Below the pieces are notes generated by a model that saw only the letters and a program-made list of their open reading frames with translations, was not told the origin of the DNA and made no database searches. This document shows, piece after piece, positions 48,781 to 63,100 of a stretch of 64,000 nucleotides of DNA (its first letter is position 1; each line of letters starts with the position of its first letter). Location: assembly GCF_041956535.1 (NCBI RefSeq), contig NW_027192196.1, positions 142,921-206,920 of the forward strand, given 5' to 3'. The position numbers and the translations under genes were made by a program. Source of the DNA: Calcarisporiella thermophila CBS 279.70 (Eukaryota > Fungi > Calcarisporiellomycota).

Positions 48781-48939
48781 TAGCACCCATTATCTTAAAC
48801 CCCCTTTTCTAATATATATCTTTAGTTTTGGCTGTTTCTTCTGTTTTCATTTGTTCTGTATCCTTTGAAGATGAATTTAATGTAAATTAGAGTCAACTTT
48901 TTTTTTCTCTTAAATCTATATAATCAATGATATCGTGTT

Positions 48940-49536
48940 CTATTTTAGCTTAAGAAGGTCTTTATCATTTTGTGGGTTGCTGTGTATGGGCGACACATAC
49001 TTTGTATGGCGGCCTACCGCAACTACATGATTCAAACGGGACGACCAATAAGAGAATGTATGAGGATAGAATATGGAAATGGCCCTACTCACCCAACCGT
49101 TCTCCCACGCGAATCTCAACCGAAGTGAACGCTAGAGTTTTCCCCATTTTATCCACCTTTCCCAATATATTTAGCTCCTCGCCCTCCTTTGCTCCTGCAA
49201 TATAACTCACATTTAAATCTGTGCTGACTCCAGTTGTGTAATAGCCCTTCGAAGATATAGCGAGAGAGCCTCCCACGTCAATAATGGTGGCAATGAGGCC
49301 CCCATGCACAGAGCCCAAACGATTCAAATGTTGTGGTGTAACTGGGAGCGTAGCCGTGATTTGCCCGTTGGCTGTATTCGCGAGCGTCATCTATCGTGAA
49401 AACTTTGAGAATCCATTGGTGGGATGAAAATATAGATGCGCAAAGTATTTACCCCACCGAGTGTTTGAGCGTCATGCCCACCTGAAGCTAGAAATGCTTG
49501 CCACACAGATTTGACAAAATTGAATCGATGTGCCAT
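48940..49536 (-). CDS. PaaI/hot-dog acyl-CoA thioesterase (ACOT13/THEM2-like); 3 exons
   Basis: HLNRLGSVHGGLIATIIDVGGS...GVSTDLNVSY...GKTLAFT...GRHTKY. Confidence 0.9.
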
Positions 49537-50344
49537 GGTTAATTTTACTGCAAAGATTAATTAGCTTATATTCAAAAGACCCTATAAATTCGCGCTTCTA
49601 TTAGAAGTGTGGCTGACTGTGGCACGTGTATGGCAGGCTCTTTCGTTCACCACTCTTATTTATCTTGTTATTGTGTAAACTCGAAGTGTTAAGCGCTTGC
49701 TCTGATCCAATGCTGGGGTAGAAGTACCTTGAATCACTTTGACAAGCAAATTTATTACAGTAAATTTCAAGACGATATGCTCGAGACAACGGAGCGTTTA
49801 AAGAGAGCGAATGCAATATGGTTAAGAGGTTGCAAAATAGAAAGATTATAGCAAAACAAAGGAATGTATATCGCAAGCATCCTGTATTTGCTTGTTCCCA
49901 TTTCTCTTTATAATCTATCTATTTTCACACCCTTCAGCCTACCTACTATAAAATTTCCCTTCCAAATCTCCCGCATTTGCACATCGAGCTCTCATCCCCT
50001 TTTATCCTCTCCATCGATAAGATAGCAAACGGGGCTATGCTATTGAAACATAGCACATCAACATAAAACACAAAAAAGTAAAACAATAATAATATCCATA
50101 TTGAAGTGAGCTATACTAAGGGTCCAATCTAGTTGTACCAATGGCGATCACCGGGACGGTTAGATAATGAGAAAACGTTAGCCCCATTCAATTCTCAGCA
50201 TTTAATACACGAATTTTGAGGGCGGCTTTATCAACACAGCTCAAGCCCTTAATTTAAGGGAAAAAAAAACAGCATAAGCCAGCCAGCGCCTCCTCTTTCT
50301 CCCCAGCTTTGCCACAAAGACCATTCTGAGTCTCCCAGCAAATC

Positions 50345-52144
<1,800 letters not shown>

Positions 52145-53047
52145 ACCGCCCTGCCATCTGAAGTGTTCGCCTTCACTCTTTTTATTGGGTCTCTTCTCTT
52201 TTGCGTTTCCGCTCTCCCAACTGGAGGTTGATCTAGAGAGGTGTTTTCTTAATTTTCGTAAACTTATTTTTCTCATGTGTATCATGATTTTACCGTTTTT
52301 TTTACATTTCTTTTTTCACTTTCTCTCAGTCGTCGTTATTTTCGTTTATTTACATCTCTGAGAAAAGCCATAGTGCTTGGACTTCTTTAATAGCGGTATG
52401 ATTCTATAGTTATTTATTGGTTCTATCATCGTGTTATTTCTGGGCAGTGAGATTTGAGCCACGGCCCCGGTTTTGTTATTTTGGATTGTGTTCGTCTCGA
52501 GAAAACTTCAGATATGCATAGCATTGCTGCAGTGTGCTAAAAGAGAAAATTAATAAACACGTCTCTTCATTATCCAGAGTCATGGCCGTAATATAATATA
52601 GGTCCGTCAAGTATTTTACGGGATAATTGCTTTTAAAGACAGAAGCGATCTTTAAATGCCTATATGGAAATACTTGCAAACGGATGAACCTTGGAGAGAC
52701 TGCACAAGCAACAGTGCAGCCAGAAGACCTTGGGGTGCGCTTCGATGTAATAGTTTGATTAGAATTGGAAGCAATCCCCTAGAAATCTAGCGGTCACAGA
52801 AGATGGCACAGGTTTCCGTGGAATCTTCTTCGAGTTTAGGTTATATGATTCGATCATAATCGAGGATTTCAAAAAGCCCGGTTTGTCTAAGCAACCAGAA
52901 GCTAACTCTTCCATTATTTCCCTATCGCTACACGCATTTGTGCAAACACGGACTTAAAAAAAATAGCATCTGTTTTACGCTGGATATCTCTAATTATTTT
53001 CCTTTGCATTGCTTCTTTGCGCATACATTGCCGCAATGCAATGAGAC

Positions 53048-54140
53048 ATGGCTCCATTTGATATTATAGCGTCGAAGCCCGTCAGACAATCCAATCGCCG
53101 TTGTTCCTCAAAATTCTTGGTGACATTTAGTCCGCTGGTTGGGCTCTTTCTCTTTCTTTTACTCATTGCTGCAGTGGTCCCTACCTATCTTGCGTTTCGA
53201 CGTCAGTCAGAACTGAATGAAACCAGCTTTTCATACGACATTAAAGAACATTTCCCAAACGATGACTTAATAGATCAGCATGAAATGGTCGCTAATCTGA
53301 CCATTACCTCCGCAGATCTGGATAAAAGCACCATCAAACTGAAGGTATTGGCCAAAGAAGAGGGCGATGCTTTTAGTAACCTCACCGAACCATTTGCAAG
53401 AGAGTATAACGGAACCATCATATTGATCAATGGAGAGAGCATAGCTGTAAGCAACATGACTGGCATCATCGCCAAATACATTGAGCTTCCCTTTGATGAG
53501 GGTGATGCCGCCCTCTATCCATTTGATCGATGGCAAGCTACACTTCTTATTCTGGCAAAAACGGTCAACGGTAGCATTAGTCTTCCTCTCTCCCTTAACT
53601 TCAAGAGTATCATGCAGTCCTATCGGCTTTCGGTTGATATTGATCCAGATCCACTCCAGCTAGGCCACGCCTCGGACAAGTTTTTGTACCTTGTGACCTT
53701 CAATCTCGAGCAGACCTCCTTCGTGAAAGGCTTCAGCATTTTCGTGGGGGTGTTGATGTGGTTAATCACCCTATCGGCCGCAGCCATCTCCTACCAAATC
53801 ATTGTCTATGGGCGAGAGGTAAGCCACTCTCACCTCCCTGTTTTATTCTAGAAGCCCACCCCTAAAACGTCTTGTTCCTCTCTGCCAGGTGAATCTAGGC
53901 GATGTTGCCGTCTCATCCACTCTTCTTTTCGCACTGCCCGAGGTACGCTCAACAATGCCCGGTATTCCCAAGGATGTTGGGCAGCACATTGATGTGCTCG
54001 GATTTATTTGGAACGAGGTCATCCTTTCGATCTCCGTGATCCTGACGTTTGCGATGTGGGCCTACCGAATACGAGATAAAAATTATATGGAGAGGGAGAG
54101 GCGCTATCTACTCGAAAGAGAAGCTTGTTTGGGCGGATAA
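53048..54140 (+). CDS. DUF4436-like membrane protein; intron 53819-53888
   Basis: N-terminal TM, GDAALYPFDRW, C-terminal TMs with LLFALPEVRSTMPGIP...IDVLGFIW. Confidence 0.7.
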
Positions 54141-54405
54141 GAAGCAAGCGGGGAAGCATTGCGGGGATCACATGCTCTCCCGGGTCGAGATCATCCGAGT
54201 GTGGCCATTCTTTTCATTATACAATGTACTGCATACTTTCTGTACCATTGCCCTATTTAAACTTTGTTTTTTTTTTCCTCTCACTTGCAAATAGAATATT
54301 ATCTATTTCTATTACAACTGAATATGAAGGAAGAATAAGAGCGAATGGGGAATCTTTTCTACACAAGAAGAGGATTTTTTTTTACAAGGGGAGAGTCTAC
54401 TGTGA

Positions 54406-55067
54406 TCAGTCGGAAGGCTCGCGGCGAAGCCACCACTCGATGGCGGTAGAAAAGGCTGCGAAACCGGCACATCCCAGTCCTACCGCCTGAGGACCGGCTC
54501 TTGCCGCCAGAACCCCTCCAGTAAAGCAACCTGCCATTGCACCATTGTATAAGTCATTCTTGGCGCGATACTGAAAGAGAGGATTAATGCGGATGAGCGG
54601 AGATTCTCCGAGAGAAGAAAAGCGTAGGAACACTTACCGATTCTATAATACATTCAGTGCCTGAGAACACCGCTCCAATCACCGCAAAATTTTTGGCTGA
54701 TGACCACGTCCGCCGCCCCATGTCGCGCAATGCAAGTTTTACTTGCTGCTTTGTGGATAAATCGGCGGTGGAAGTTTCAGGAGACATCGAGGGGCCACCA
54801 TAGTCTAACGAGGCCATCAGTAGACCAAATGCACCACCAAGGAAGAAACCTATTAAGGACCATCGGTGACCGATGTGAGTACTAGGAAGCTTGGAGTGAG
54901 AGGAAGAAGGGAGTTAAGTGGTTACCTGCTACTCCACTGGCCACAAACTTGCCTGGGCACGATTCCATCACTGCTTGAACGGCCTCGACGCCTGGAGGCG
55001 GCTGTATCGGCTGGTTGGCATTGGGATCGATGTTGGTGGCAGTATTAAATGGTGATGCTGAATTCAT
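54406..55067 (-). CDS. TIM22: Mitochondrial inner-membrane translocase Tim22; 3 exons
   Basis: [69 protein letters not shown]. Confidence 0.95.
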
Positions 55068-55615
55068 TCTTTCTGTAATAGTAAGATCCAAAGCTATCGA
55101 GGTAGCCAGGTTGAGAGGATCAGTTAAACCTGTGACTGTTATTTCTGTGGTAAACAAGCCCATTGTTGCTTGGCTAAGGTAGTCGTGGAGGATGGATTTT
55201 CATTGGATATCTGCTGTTTTATGGCTTTAAATTAGAGCAGAGAGGTTCGATCTCGTATTAATGTGAATCCCTCTAAATATAGTTAATGCTAGAGGATTGA
55301 AATCCAGCTGTAGGTTCCGAGACTGACAACACTATTGAAACTGTTTTTATTATTCAATGGGTTACGGCACAGAACAATATTTCACGAGCAGAAGATTATA
55401 TTACATATTGTGAATACATGCATGTCTTCATATGCACAAAGTACATCGGCAATAGCAAAGCAAGATACAGTAAATACAGATAGCAGAGCGTGCTATACAT
55501 GCCTATCATTCCCGTATATTAGGGAGTAATCTGGCAAGGTTTGTCTAGGAGAAAACTACGTTCACTGTTCATATAAAACATAGGTGAAATATAAGACCTT
55601 ACCTTCCTACCTTTC

Positions 55616-56490
55616 CTAATGAAGCTTGCGTTTTTTGAGTGCGTGATCACGCTCGTAGTGCTTTATAAACTTATTATCACTCTTGAAAGTTAAATCGCAC
55701 TTAGGGCATTCGATTTTCTCACTATCTGAGGATCCCGATGAAGACTGTGAGGATTCCGGTAGCCCATCCATACAAAAGATTGAATATTTTGTATTGTAAA
55801 AGAAATGGCAAACATAACACAACATACCTGCGAGAGGATATTATCCATAACCATAATATCTAATATGAATTCTGGTAATACATCCCTACCCGTAACGTCC
55901 CTCCACCCATGATTATGGCGGCGAACAGATCCACTGACCGTTCTCTTGAATGTATAAATACTTTTATTTACCGGATCTATCAACCACCCTAGCTCTATGC
56001 CGGCTGGAAAATATTCATCTTTAAATTTTTTGGTAAGCACCGAAAGCTTTGATTCAAGAGTGAGATCCTCGACTTCAACGACAAAGGTTGGGCTAAAGGG
56101 CTGACCTTGAAAGGACAGTAGTTGTTCTTGAGTTAGAGCGCGATATGTTTCCTTTGGTATAAAAGCGATATCAGGCGCCCTGATGGTTCTTCCTCCTGCC
56201 GTAGTAAGATTGAAGCCCCCCTGCGAAGCAGTAATAGCCCCATTCTGCTTACTATGGATGTTCCAATTGCCGAGCTGTCTTCCAATCTCAGCGACGGCAC
56301 CTTCTATATAAACGGGTGTTTGCGATACGGGGATGAGTTTTCCGCTCGAGTCTAGCTCGAAATGGATGATCGGAATATCGCTGATTCCGAGGTGGTGGGT
56401 TTTGAGCCAGTCGTTGATTGCTTCAAATTCCCTAACGGTATAAATGCGATCTGGTTGGTAATCGAAAGTTGAATTGTCAGACGAGAGCAT
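55616..56490 (-). CDS. Uma2 (DUF820) PD-(D/E)xK-like endonuclease with a spliced C-terminal C2H2 zinc finger and basic NLS-like tail
   Basis: RAPDIAFI, PTFVVEV, GIELGWLIDP, DVLPEFILD; donor CAG|GTATGT at about 55828, then an exon encoding CPKCDLTF...HYERDH-ALKKRKLH. Confidence 0.85.
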
Positions 56491-57785
56491 TTTTCATATT
56501 ACTTGATATTGAGATGGGATGGATGTATATATATAACAAGAAGGTCGATTCACTGTATAACCATGCGCCAGTAATCTACGAATCGGCCTTGAGATCGGAT
56601 CACCCAAATGCAATTAGCAACCGGCGGAGTGCCCAAGAGAATCTGAATAAAATTGCCTTGAAAGGAGATGCATCGGACCCAAGATGCCCGGCTTTGTAAG
56701 GAAATGAATTTCCGTCGACAGCTACACTACATCAATGCCAGGAACACCTGAAATTGTTTATCATGACAAAACCTTTATTGCGGTATACAAGTCATCCTAC
56801 CAAGATTCCCATTTAGACATATATGGATAACGCATAAGTGACTGCGAAACTGGGCCATGACTTCAGGGGGGATTCAAACTTACACCAGGGTGAAGACTGG
56901 CAGCCAGCCACTGGCCAAGAGCACGAATCTATTCTAAATTCTTGTTCGACCCATTGGCCGAACTCCGTTCTTAATATATGAAACTCTAAATAGAAGCGGC
57001 TCCATTGAGAGCCAGAGAAACTTTTATCCCCTGACTAGCTCTGCAGAGGAAAACCTAACGACAACCCTAGCACGATGGCCCAGCAGCCGGCCTGCTCGGC
57101 CGCGGGCGCGTGATGAGATTGGCCCTGCAACCTATCCCTGACGTGATCCAAGTCCCATAGGGGAGCCGGCAACCCTAACTCAATGCCCTCTTTTCCTAAC
57201 CTGCAATTTTACCTTAAATAAACGCGCCGATTAGTCATGGAGCAACCTTAAACGGAGAGGGGTGGCCTAAGCTTGAAAATCGAAATTCCTGTTCAGGGCG
57301 AGCCAGCCAAGACGAGCCGTGCCTCTCGGGCATCCGATGTGCTACGGACGCGAAGAAGCAGAGAACCAAGGTTCTCCATCGCGTGCAAACCCAAAAAATT
57401 CCCAACACAGAGAAAGTTTATCGCAAGCACAAGGGCCGATTTCGAGTAGCACGGCAGAGATGAAGTCTAAAGATTATCTTTCTCCCAGAACATCTGGTCT
57501 AATCTCTTTATTATTATTATCGTCAGCATTAGGGGGCGAGGGTAATATACAGAAAACAGTAGGGGGAGTGAGAGCAGCAGTCGGAATAGCAGTTGGAGTT
57601 ATTATAAAATGATAGAGGGGGGATGATTGGCTCCCCGGATAATATACATAAACAATCGTTTTTCCGTGTGATTCTGCCAGCTTGAGAAAATAGAAGCACA
57701 AAAAAGAAGATCGAGCCATCTAAGCCTGCCGTTAGAAAGATAGAGAGAAGAAGATGGAAAATAGAAAATATTACAATCTAAACGT

Positions 57786-59010
57786 CTAACAGTTGAAATA
57801 AAGTCCAGGATATCGTTCCGCATCCGCGGGATGCATTACGGGGTGCACGTGCTGAAATACGGGGGGATGCTGTTGCGGGAAGCTGGTGAGCAGCAGATTG
57901 CCGGCCGGCGGGTGCGAGGGAGGCGTGTGCAAATAGGCGGGGGCGTGTTCGTACCCCTGGGCGTCATGCACAAGGGCCGGGTGGCTGCCCCTCATCACCC
58001 TGAGGACGCCGGGATGGGGATGGCCGGGGTGCTGATGCCCGCTGCCGTTCACGTACACCCCCGGCGGCGGCCGAGCATTCCCGGGCGGCCCGGCCTGGCC
58101 GCCTCCCTGCGGGATCGCCGGGTGAGTTTCCCGGATGTTGGAGGCTTGGGGTTGGGGGTGCGGCTGGAGAGGGGGCTGAGGTTGGAGGTGCGGGTGCGGG
58201 TGCGGGTGCGGGTGCGGGTGGGGGCGGGGTTGCGACTGGGGGGGCGGCTGCGAGGAGCCGATGGAGATTCCCGGCTGCGAGTGCGGATGCTGGAGGTGCG
58301 GCGGTTGCAATGATGGGTGGTGAATGGGATAGGGGGGCATGGGCCCATGCATCCAAGGCGGATAGTATGGGGAGAAGGCCTGGGACATGACGATGCTGGG
58401 GGGCTCGCACGAGGCGGCAAAGGGAGAATGGGGGATGGGGTAGGGCGGCGCAGGCACCGCCTCCAGGGGGTATCCTATGGATGTCGGCAGCGGCGTGAGG
58501 GGGACTGCGTCGCTGTGCTGGATCAGCTTTGGGCTCGACTGCTTGGGGATGCTTGTGCGTAGCCCTAGGGGAGGGGAGAAGAGGTTGGAATCACAATCTC
58601 GAACCGAATCCATGCTTGGGCCTAGCTTACGTTTATCCTCGCGCTGCCGCCGGGCCACCGTCTTCTTGCGCTCCTTCCGCGGCGAGTTTACGCACGTGTC
58701 GGAGAGCCCCAGCCGGATGCACCGCTGGCACGGCCTGCCCTCATCGCACTTCTTGCAGGCCTTCTGGCAATGCACTAGCAAACCAAACCGCACATTGAAT
58801 CCTCGTAAATCAAAAATCACATCACGGGGGGACCTTACCGCATGCATTCTTCACCTGCTGCCGCTTGGGCTTGGCGGGGATGCCATTGAGGGGGCTGAGG
58901 ATGGATTGCTCATGCGCGGGTGACAGCGAGGGCTGCGATTGCGGGGAATGCGGCAGCATGTGGGGGGGAATGTCGTGAGGGGGATGGCGGGGGAATGGAT
59001 TGGCGGACAT
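57786..59010 (-). CDS. Zn(II)2Cys6 transcription factor (Ert1/AcuK/Rds2-type cluster) with a Pro/His/Gln-rich tail
   Basis: KRQQVKNAC|VHCQKACKKCDEGRPCQRCIRLGLSDTC across intron 58775-58838. Confidence 0.9.
58190..58220. repeat. (CGGGTG)n microsatellite encoding a His-Pro repeat
   Basis: About five tandem hexamers within the TF exon. Confidence 0.8.
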
Positions 59011-60141
59011 GGTGCGGGGGGAGGGGAGAGGGCGCGGGGCGGCGAAGGGCAAAGTCGGCTGAATCGCGGGATGGGGGGGATTGGAGACGCTTGCCGTGGG
59101 TTAGTCAGTGGCCGCGCTGAGGAAGAGACTAGAGAAAGGCTACGGAAGATAGTGTGAAGGGGCGTGTGAGTACAATAAATGGTGGGCCAACCGAAGCGTG
59201 TTGTTTTTTATGTAAGCGGACAAAACGTAGACTTCGACCGAAGTTAGTTCAAGCCCCGGACAACCTTAACCTTAATTTGCGCAATCGCGCAATGGGTTAA
59301 TCAGAAAGCGGCAAAATGTGAGCTGGAGGGGGGAGAACGGCGCCGGGCTGATCGAGTCAAGGCTCGATCGAGCTGGAGCCGGTTGCGCAGGCCCTCGCCC
59401 GCGCTTCGGCTGAGGCCCTGGGCCAACACCGCGGCCTGCAGGGTTCCGCAGCCGCACAAGGTTGGGCAATCCGCCGTCAGCCTTCCCCTCTTAAGCCCGC
59501 CCTCGCCATTTTCAAGCTGTCAAGCGCTGTTAGGTTGTGTAAGTTTCGCAGCGTCTGAAAGGCCAGAAACTGCGTGCTCGCCAACTCTACGAGCCACACC
59601 CTTTTTTTCCACCTTTTCCTGTTTCTTTGCGCTTTAGTCATCATCCGCGCCAGAGTGGGCCTCCATTCCCCAGCTGGGGATTACGCTTGCATGGAGCGAT
59701 GCTCCATGGCAACCGCATGACGGGAGGCATTGTGTTTTCTGGACACGTTCGCCTTTCTGTGAGGTGTCTTTTTTATCCCCCCAAGCGGGCTCCCCTCCCT
59801 CGCCATTCTCGGCGGGTCATCCTTTATTCTTCTCATGGCAAACTGGGATATGACGGGAAGGGGCAAGCGTGCGCGAAAAATCGGGGAGGCCTTTTTCCGT
59901 TATGCGTCATCTTGTGTAGTTGTGACTGCGGATTTTTGTTTTCACTTCGAATTCGTCGGACTCTCCTCATTCTCACGATAGATAAACATAGGTGAAGCAG
60001 AGGGGGACGACGAACCACCATTCCACTGACACGTCCAAAAAGTAACCCAATTCTTCTTGTGGCGGTTGTCCATTCTGTGTACTTTCTTTTCTGAGCCCGC
60101 ATGTCTCTAGAATTATAGATATCCCATTCCGTTACTTGACG

Positions 60142-63100
60142 ATGCCTTCTCCTGTCGACGATCAAGTCTTAGCATCCGCGCCGGCGGCGGCGGAACAAGC
60201 GGCATCGGAACAGAGCCCCGCGCAGAATGGCGAGGCTGCATCCCAGGAACCCGTGGCCGTCGAGCCCCAGTTCCAGCTGACGATCAAACTTCCCCGCAAT
60301 TCCGGCAAGATTCAAGTGATTGTACGTGTGCCCCCCCCCCCCTCCTCCGGATTCCGGTGGAGTCAACGCTCCCCCCCCCCCCCATTGAGGCATGGACTAA
60401 TCTCTGGTTTGGACAGGTGAGCCCGCATGAGATTATCCACGAGGTACGACAGCTCGTGATGGAATCGCCCGAGGCCTTCATGTACTCTTGCTTCTATCTC
60501 GCATTCGAGGGCAAGCGCCTGAATGACTTTATCGAGCTAGGCGATGTGGAGGGCCTGACTCCCGAGAGTGAATTGGATCTGATCGAGGGTACATTTTGGA
60601 CGTTCACAGTGTTGCAAGGTGGCCCATGCTCTAATGCGTGTCTGCTCCATTGTGTCTTTAGATCTCTACACAGAGCGCGAGGCTCGTATCCACGTCAATC
60701 GCTTGCGTGATGTGCTCTCTGGCCCCGTCAAGAACACCCCCAGCTCGCTAGGTGTGCACTCTGGCGTGTCTTTTCTTGGGACAATCACAAGTGCCGCTGC
60801 TGACGACGCCACCGAAGAGAAGCCTCCCAGCGAGGGAAAGCCCGGCAAGCCGACGGCATTCGCAGACTACCAATTCGACGCGGCTCCCTCGCTGTCAAGA
60901 TTTGTGCCCGAAGGGTTTGAGCATCGTCCTGTGACATGCCTGAGAAGCTTGGCCGTCTCGGGGTGGAACCCGCCTCCTCACCCTCGTCGCCTCCGTGGTA
61001 CGTGCACTTGAGTCTCTTGGTCCAGAGCCAGTGGAAGCACCCATGGCCTTCCTTGCTGTGCTGTTTCTGACACTTCGCTTCCCCTTTAGGTGATTTAATG
61101 TATCTATCGGTGGTCACCCTGGAAGGCGAAAATCTCCAGATCACCTCCTCCGCTCACGGCTTCTTCGTGAACCGTTCCTCCCGCACACAATTCGACCCGA
61201 ACCCCCGCAAACCCACCCCCCCTACCCACTCCCTCATCACCCTCTTGCAAGAAATCTCCCCTCAATTCGCCTCCCAATTCCGTAAACTCCAAGACATGAT
61301 CGGCCGCTCGCAGATCCACGAGGCCCTGCCCATCCCGTACCCCGCGAACTCCTGGCTCGTCAAGTCATGGCCCCATACCTACGATGCTGGGCGGCCAGCA
61401 GAGGCCTATCTGGTGTTCGGCGTGGAGTCCGCCGATTCGCTCCGGGACTGGAACGATGAGCTACAGACGCACCGCGAACTCCCCCGCAACACCCTCCAGG
61501 AGCGCGTCTTGCGCGACCGAATGCTGCACAAGGTGCACGCCGATTTCGGCGAGGCCGCGGTCAAGGGCTCCCTTGGGGTGGTCCACGGGGAGATCATCCC
61601 GCTGAATCCCCTTGAGCCGCGTCCCTGTCACATGTATGTACACAATAGCATTTTCTACAGCAAAGCAATGGACGCCCGCGGCATCTATGAAAGCTTGGGC
61701 GGCGATGAGGCCGCACACGTCGCGGCCGGCAAGGATCTTGCCGGGGTGCGCGGCATCAATCAGGCGGACGTCCCTGGCCTGTGCACCCTCGGCCAGGTGA
61801 TCGTGGACTACAAGGGCGAGCGGATTGTCGCCCAGAGTATCGTGCCGGGCATCTTCCGCCAGCAGGAGGAGAGCACCGTGGTGTACGGGAGTGTGGAGGG
61901 GGGAGACGTGGTGTCCGACCCGGCCTTCCACGAGCTGGTGGGCAAAGTGGCTCGACAGCTGCGACTGGCCGAACACGCGGTCGGAGACGTACGCCTCTAC
62001 ACCTCCCATGACGTGAAGGGGCTGTTGGGCGCGGATGGGCGGAAATACTTGCTCGACCTGTGCCGCATGTGCCCGGTGGACATCGAGTTCCTGGAAGAGG
62101 TGGACAATAAGGCCAAGGGCGAGAATGGGGACGCTAAAGAGGATGGAAACGAGGGCGACAAGAAGGAGAAGATTCCTTACCCTCACAGGCTTACCTTCCT
62201 GCGACCCGAGCTGTTGGAGCTCTTCTGGGAGCACCGCCTGCGAGCCTGGGTCAAGGAAAAGGCCTTGGCCAAGCAAAAGGTAGGCGTTACTCTCCTCCAC
62301 CGTTTTATGGGCAGATTTAAGAATAGAGTCGTTGAATGGGGTCTACATTTCTTCTAGGAGGCAAAGGCCGAGTCTGAGGACCAGAGCAACCAGGGCGAAA
62401 AGGAGGCACCGCAGGAGAAGCCTGAGGATTCCGCCAGCGAGCAGCAGCCGGGTGACGGAAAGGAGGAGAAGGAGCAAGCCGAGGGCCGAGAAGCGGAGGG
62501 CGACGACAAGGCCAACGACGTCGAAGAAATCGATACCTCCGAGTTTGACCTCAGCTTCAACCCTGATGCATTCCTCCCCTATGCCCACAAAGAGAGCAGC
62601 CATGATGAGGAGACGCGCCAGCAAGAAGAGGTCGTGCGCCAGGCTTCTCGGTTCTTGCGTGAGACCATCATCCCGGGCATTATTGTTGATTTCGCGTCCC
62701 ATGTGGTCTCTCCCCTGGATGGAAGCCAGCTCACCCGGACGCTCCATCGCCGGGGCATTAACATCCGCTACCTCGGAAGGATCGCATCGCTGGCGGAGAG
62801 CGTGAAAGAGCATCGCTTGGACTACATCGTGGAGCTTCTGGTCCACGAGATGATCATCCGCGCCTGCAAGCGGATCATCCGCAAACTGTTGCGCGACGTG
62901 CCGACCACCGAGACCGCCCACTGCGTGGCCCACTTTTTCAACTGCTTGGTTGGTACCGGCTACAACCCCACCCCTGCTCCCCCCACCGCCTCCTCCTTCG
63001 ACTACGCACAACTCACCCCGGCCGCTCTCCAAGAGGAGATCCGCTTCGAGGTGCAGCGCCGCTTCCGGTACTCTCTGCCCGCCGACTTCATGGCGCGGGT

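Noticed and set aside
57107-57145. Box C (GTGATGA) and box D (CTGA) pair suggesting a snoRNA
   Set aside because: Only about 21 nt separate the boxes, too short for a guide snoRNA; at most a kink-turn within a larger RNA.
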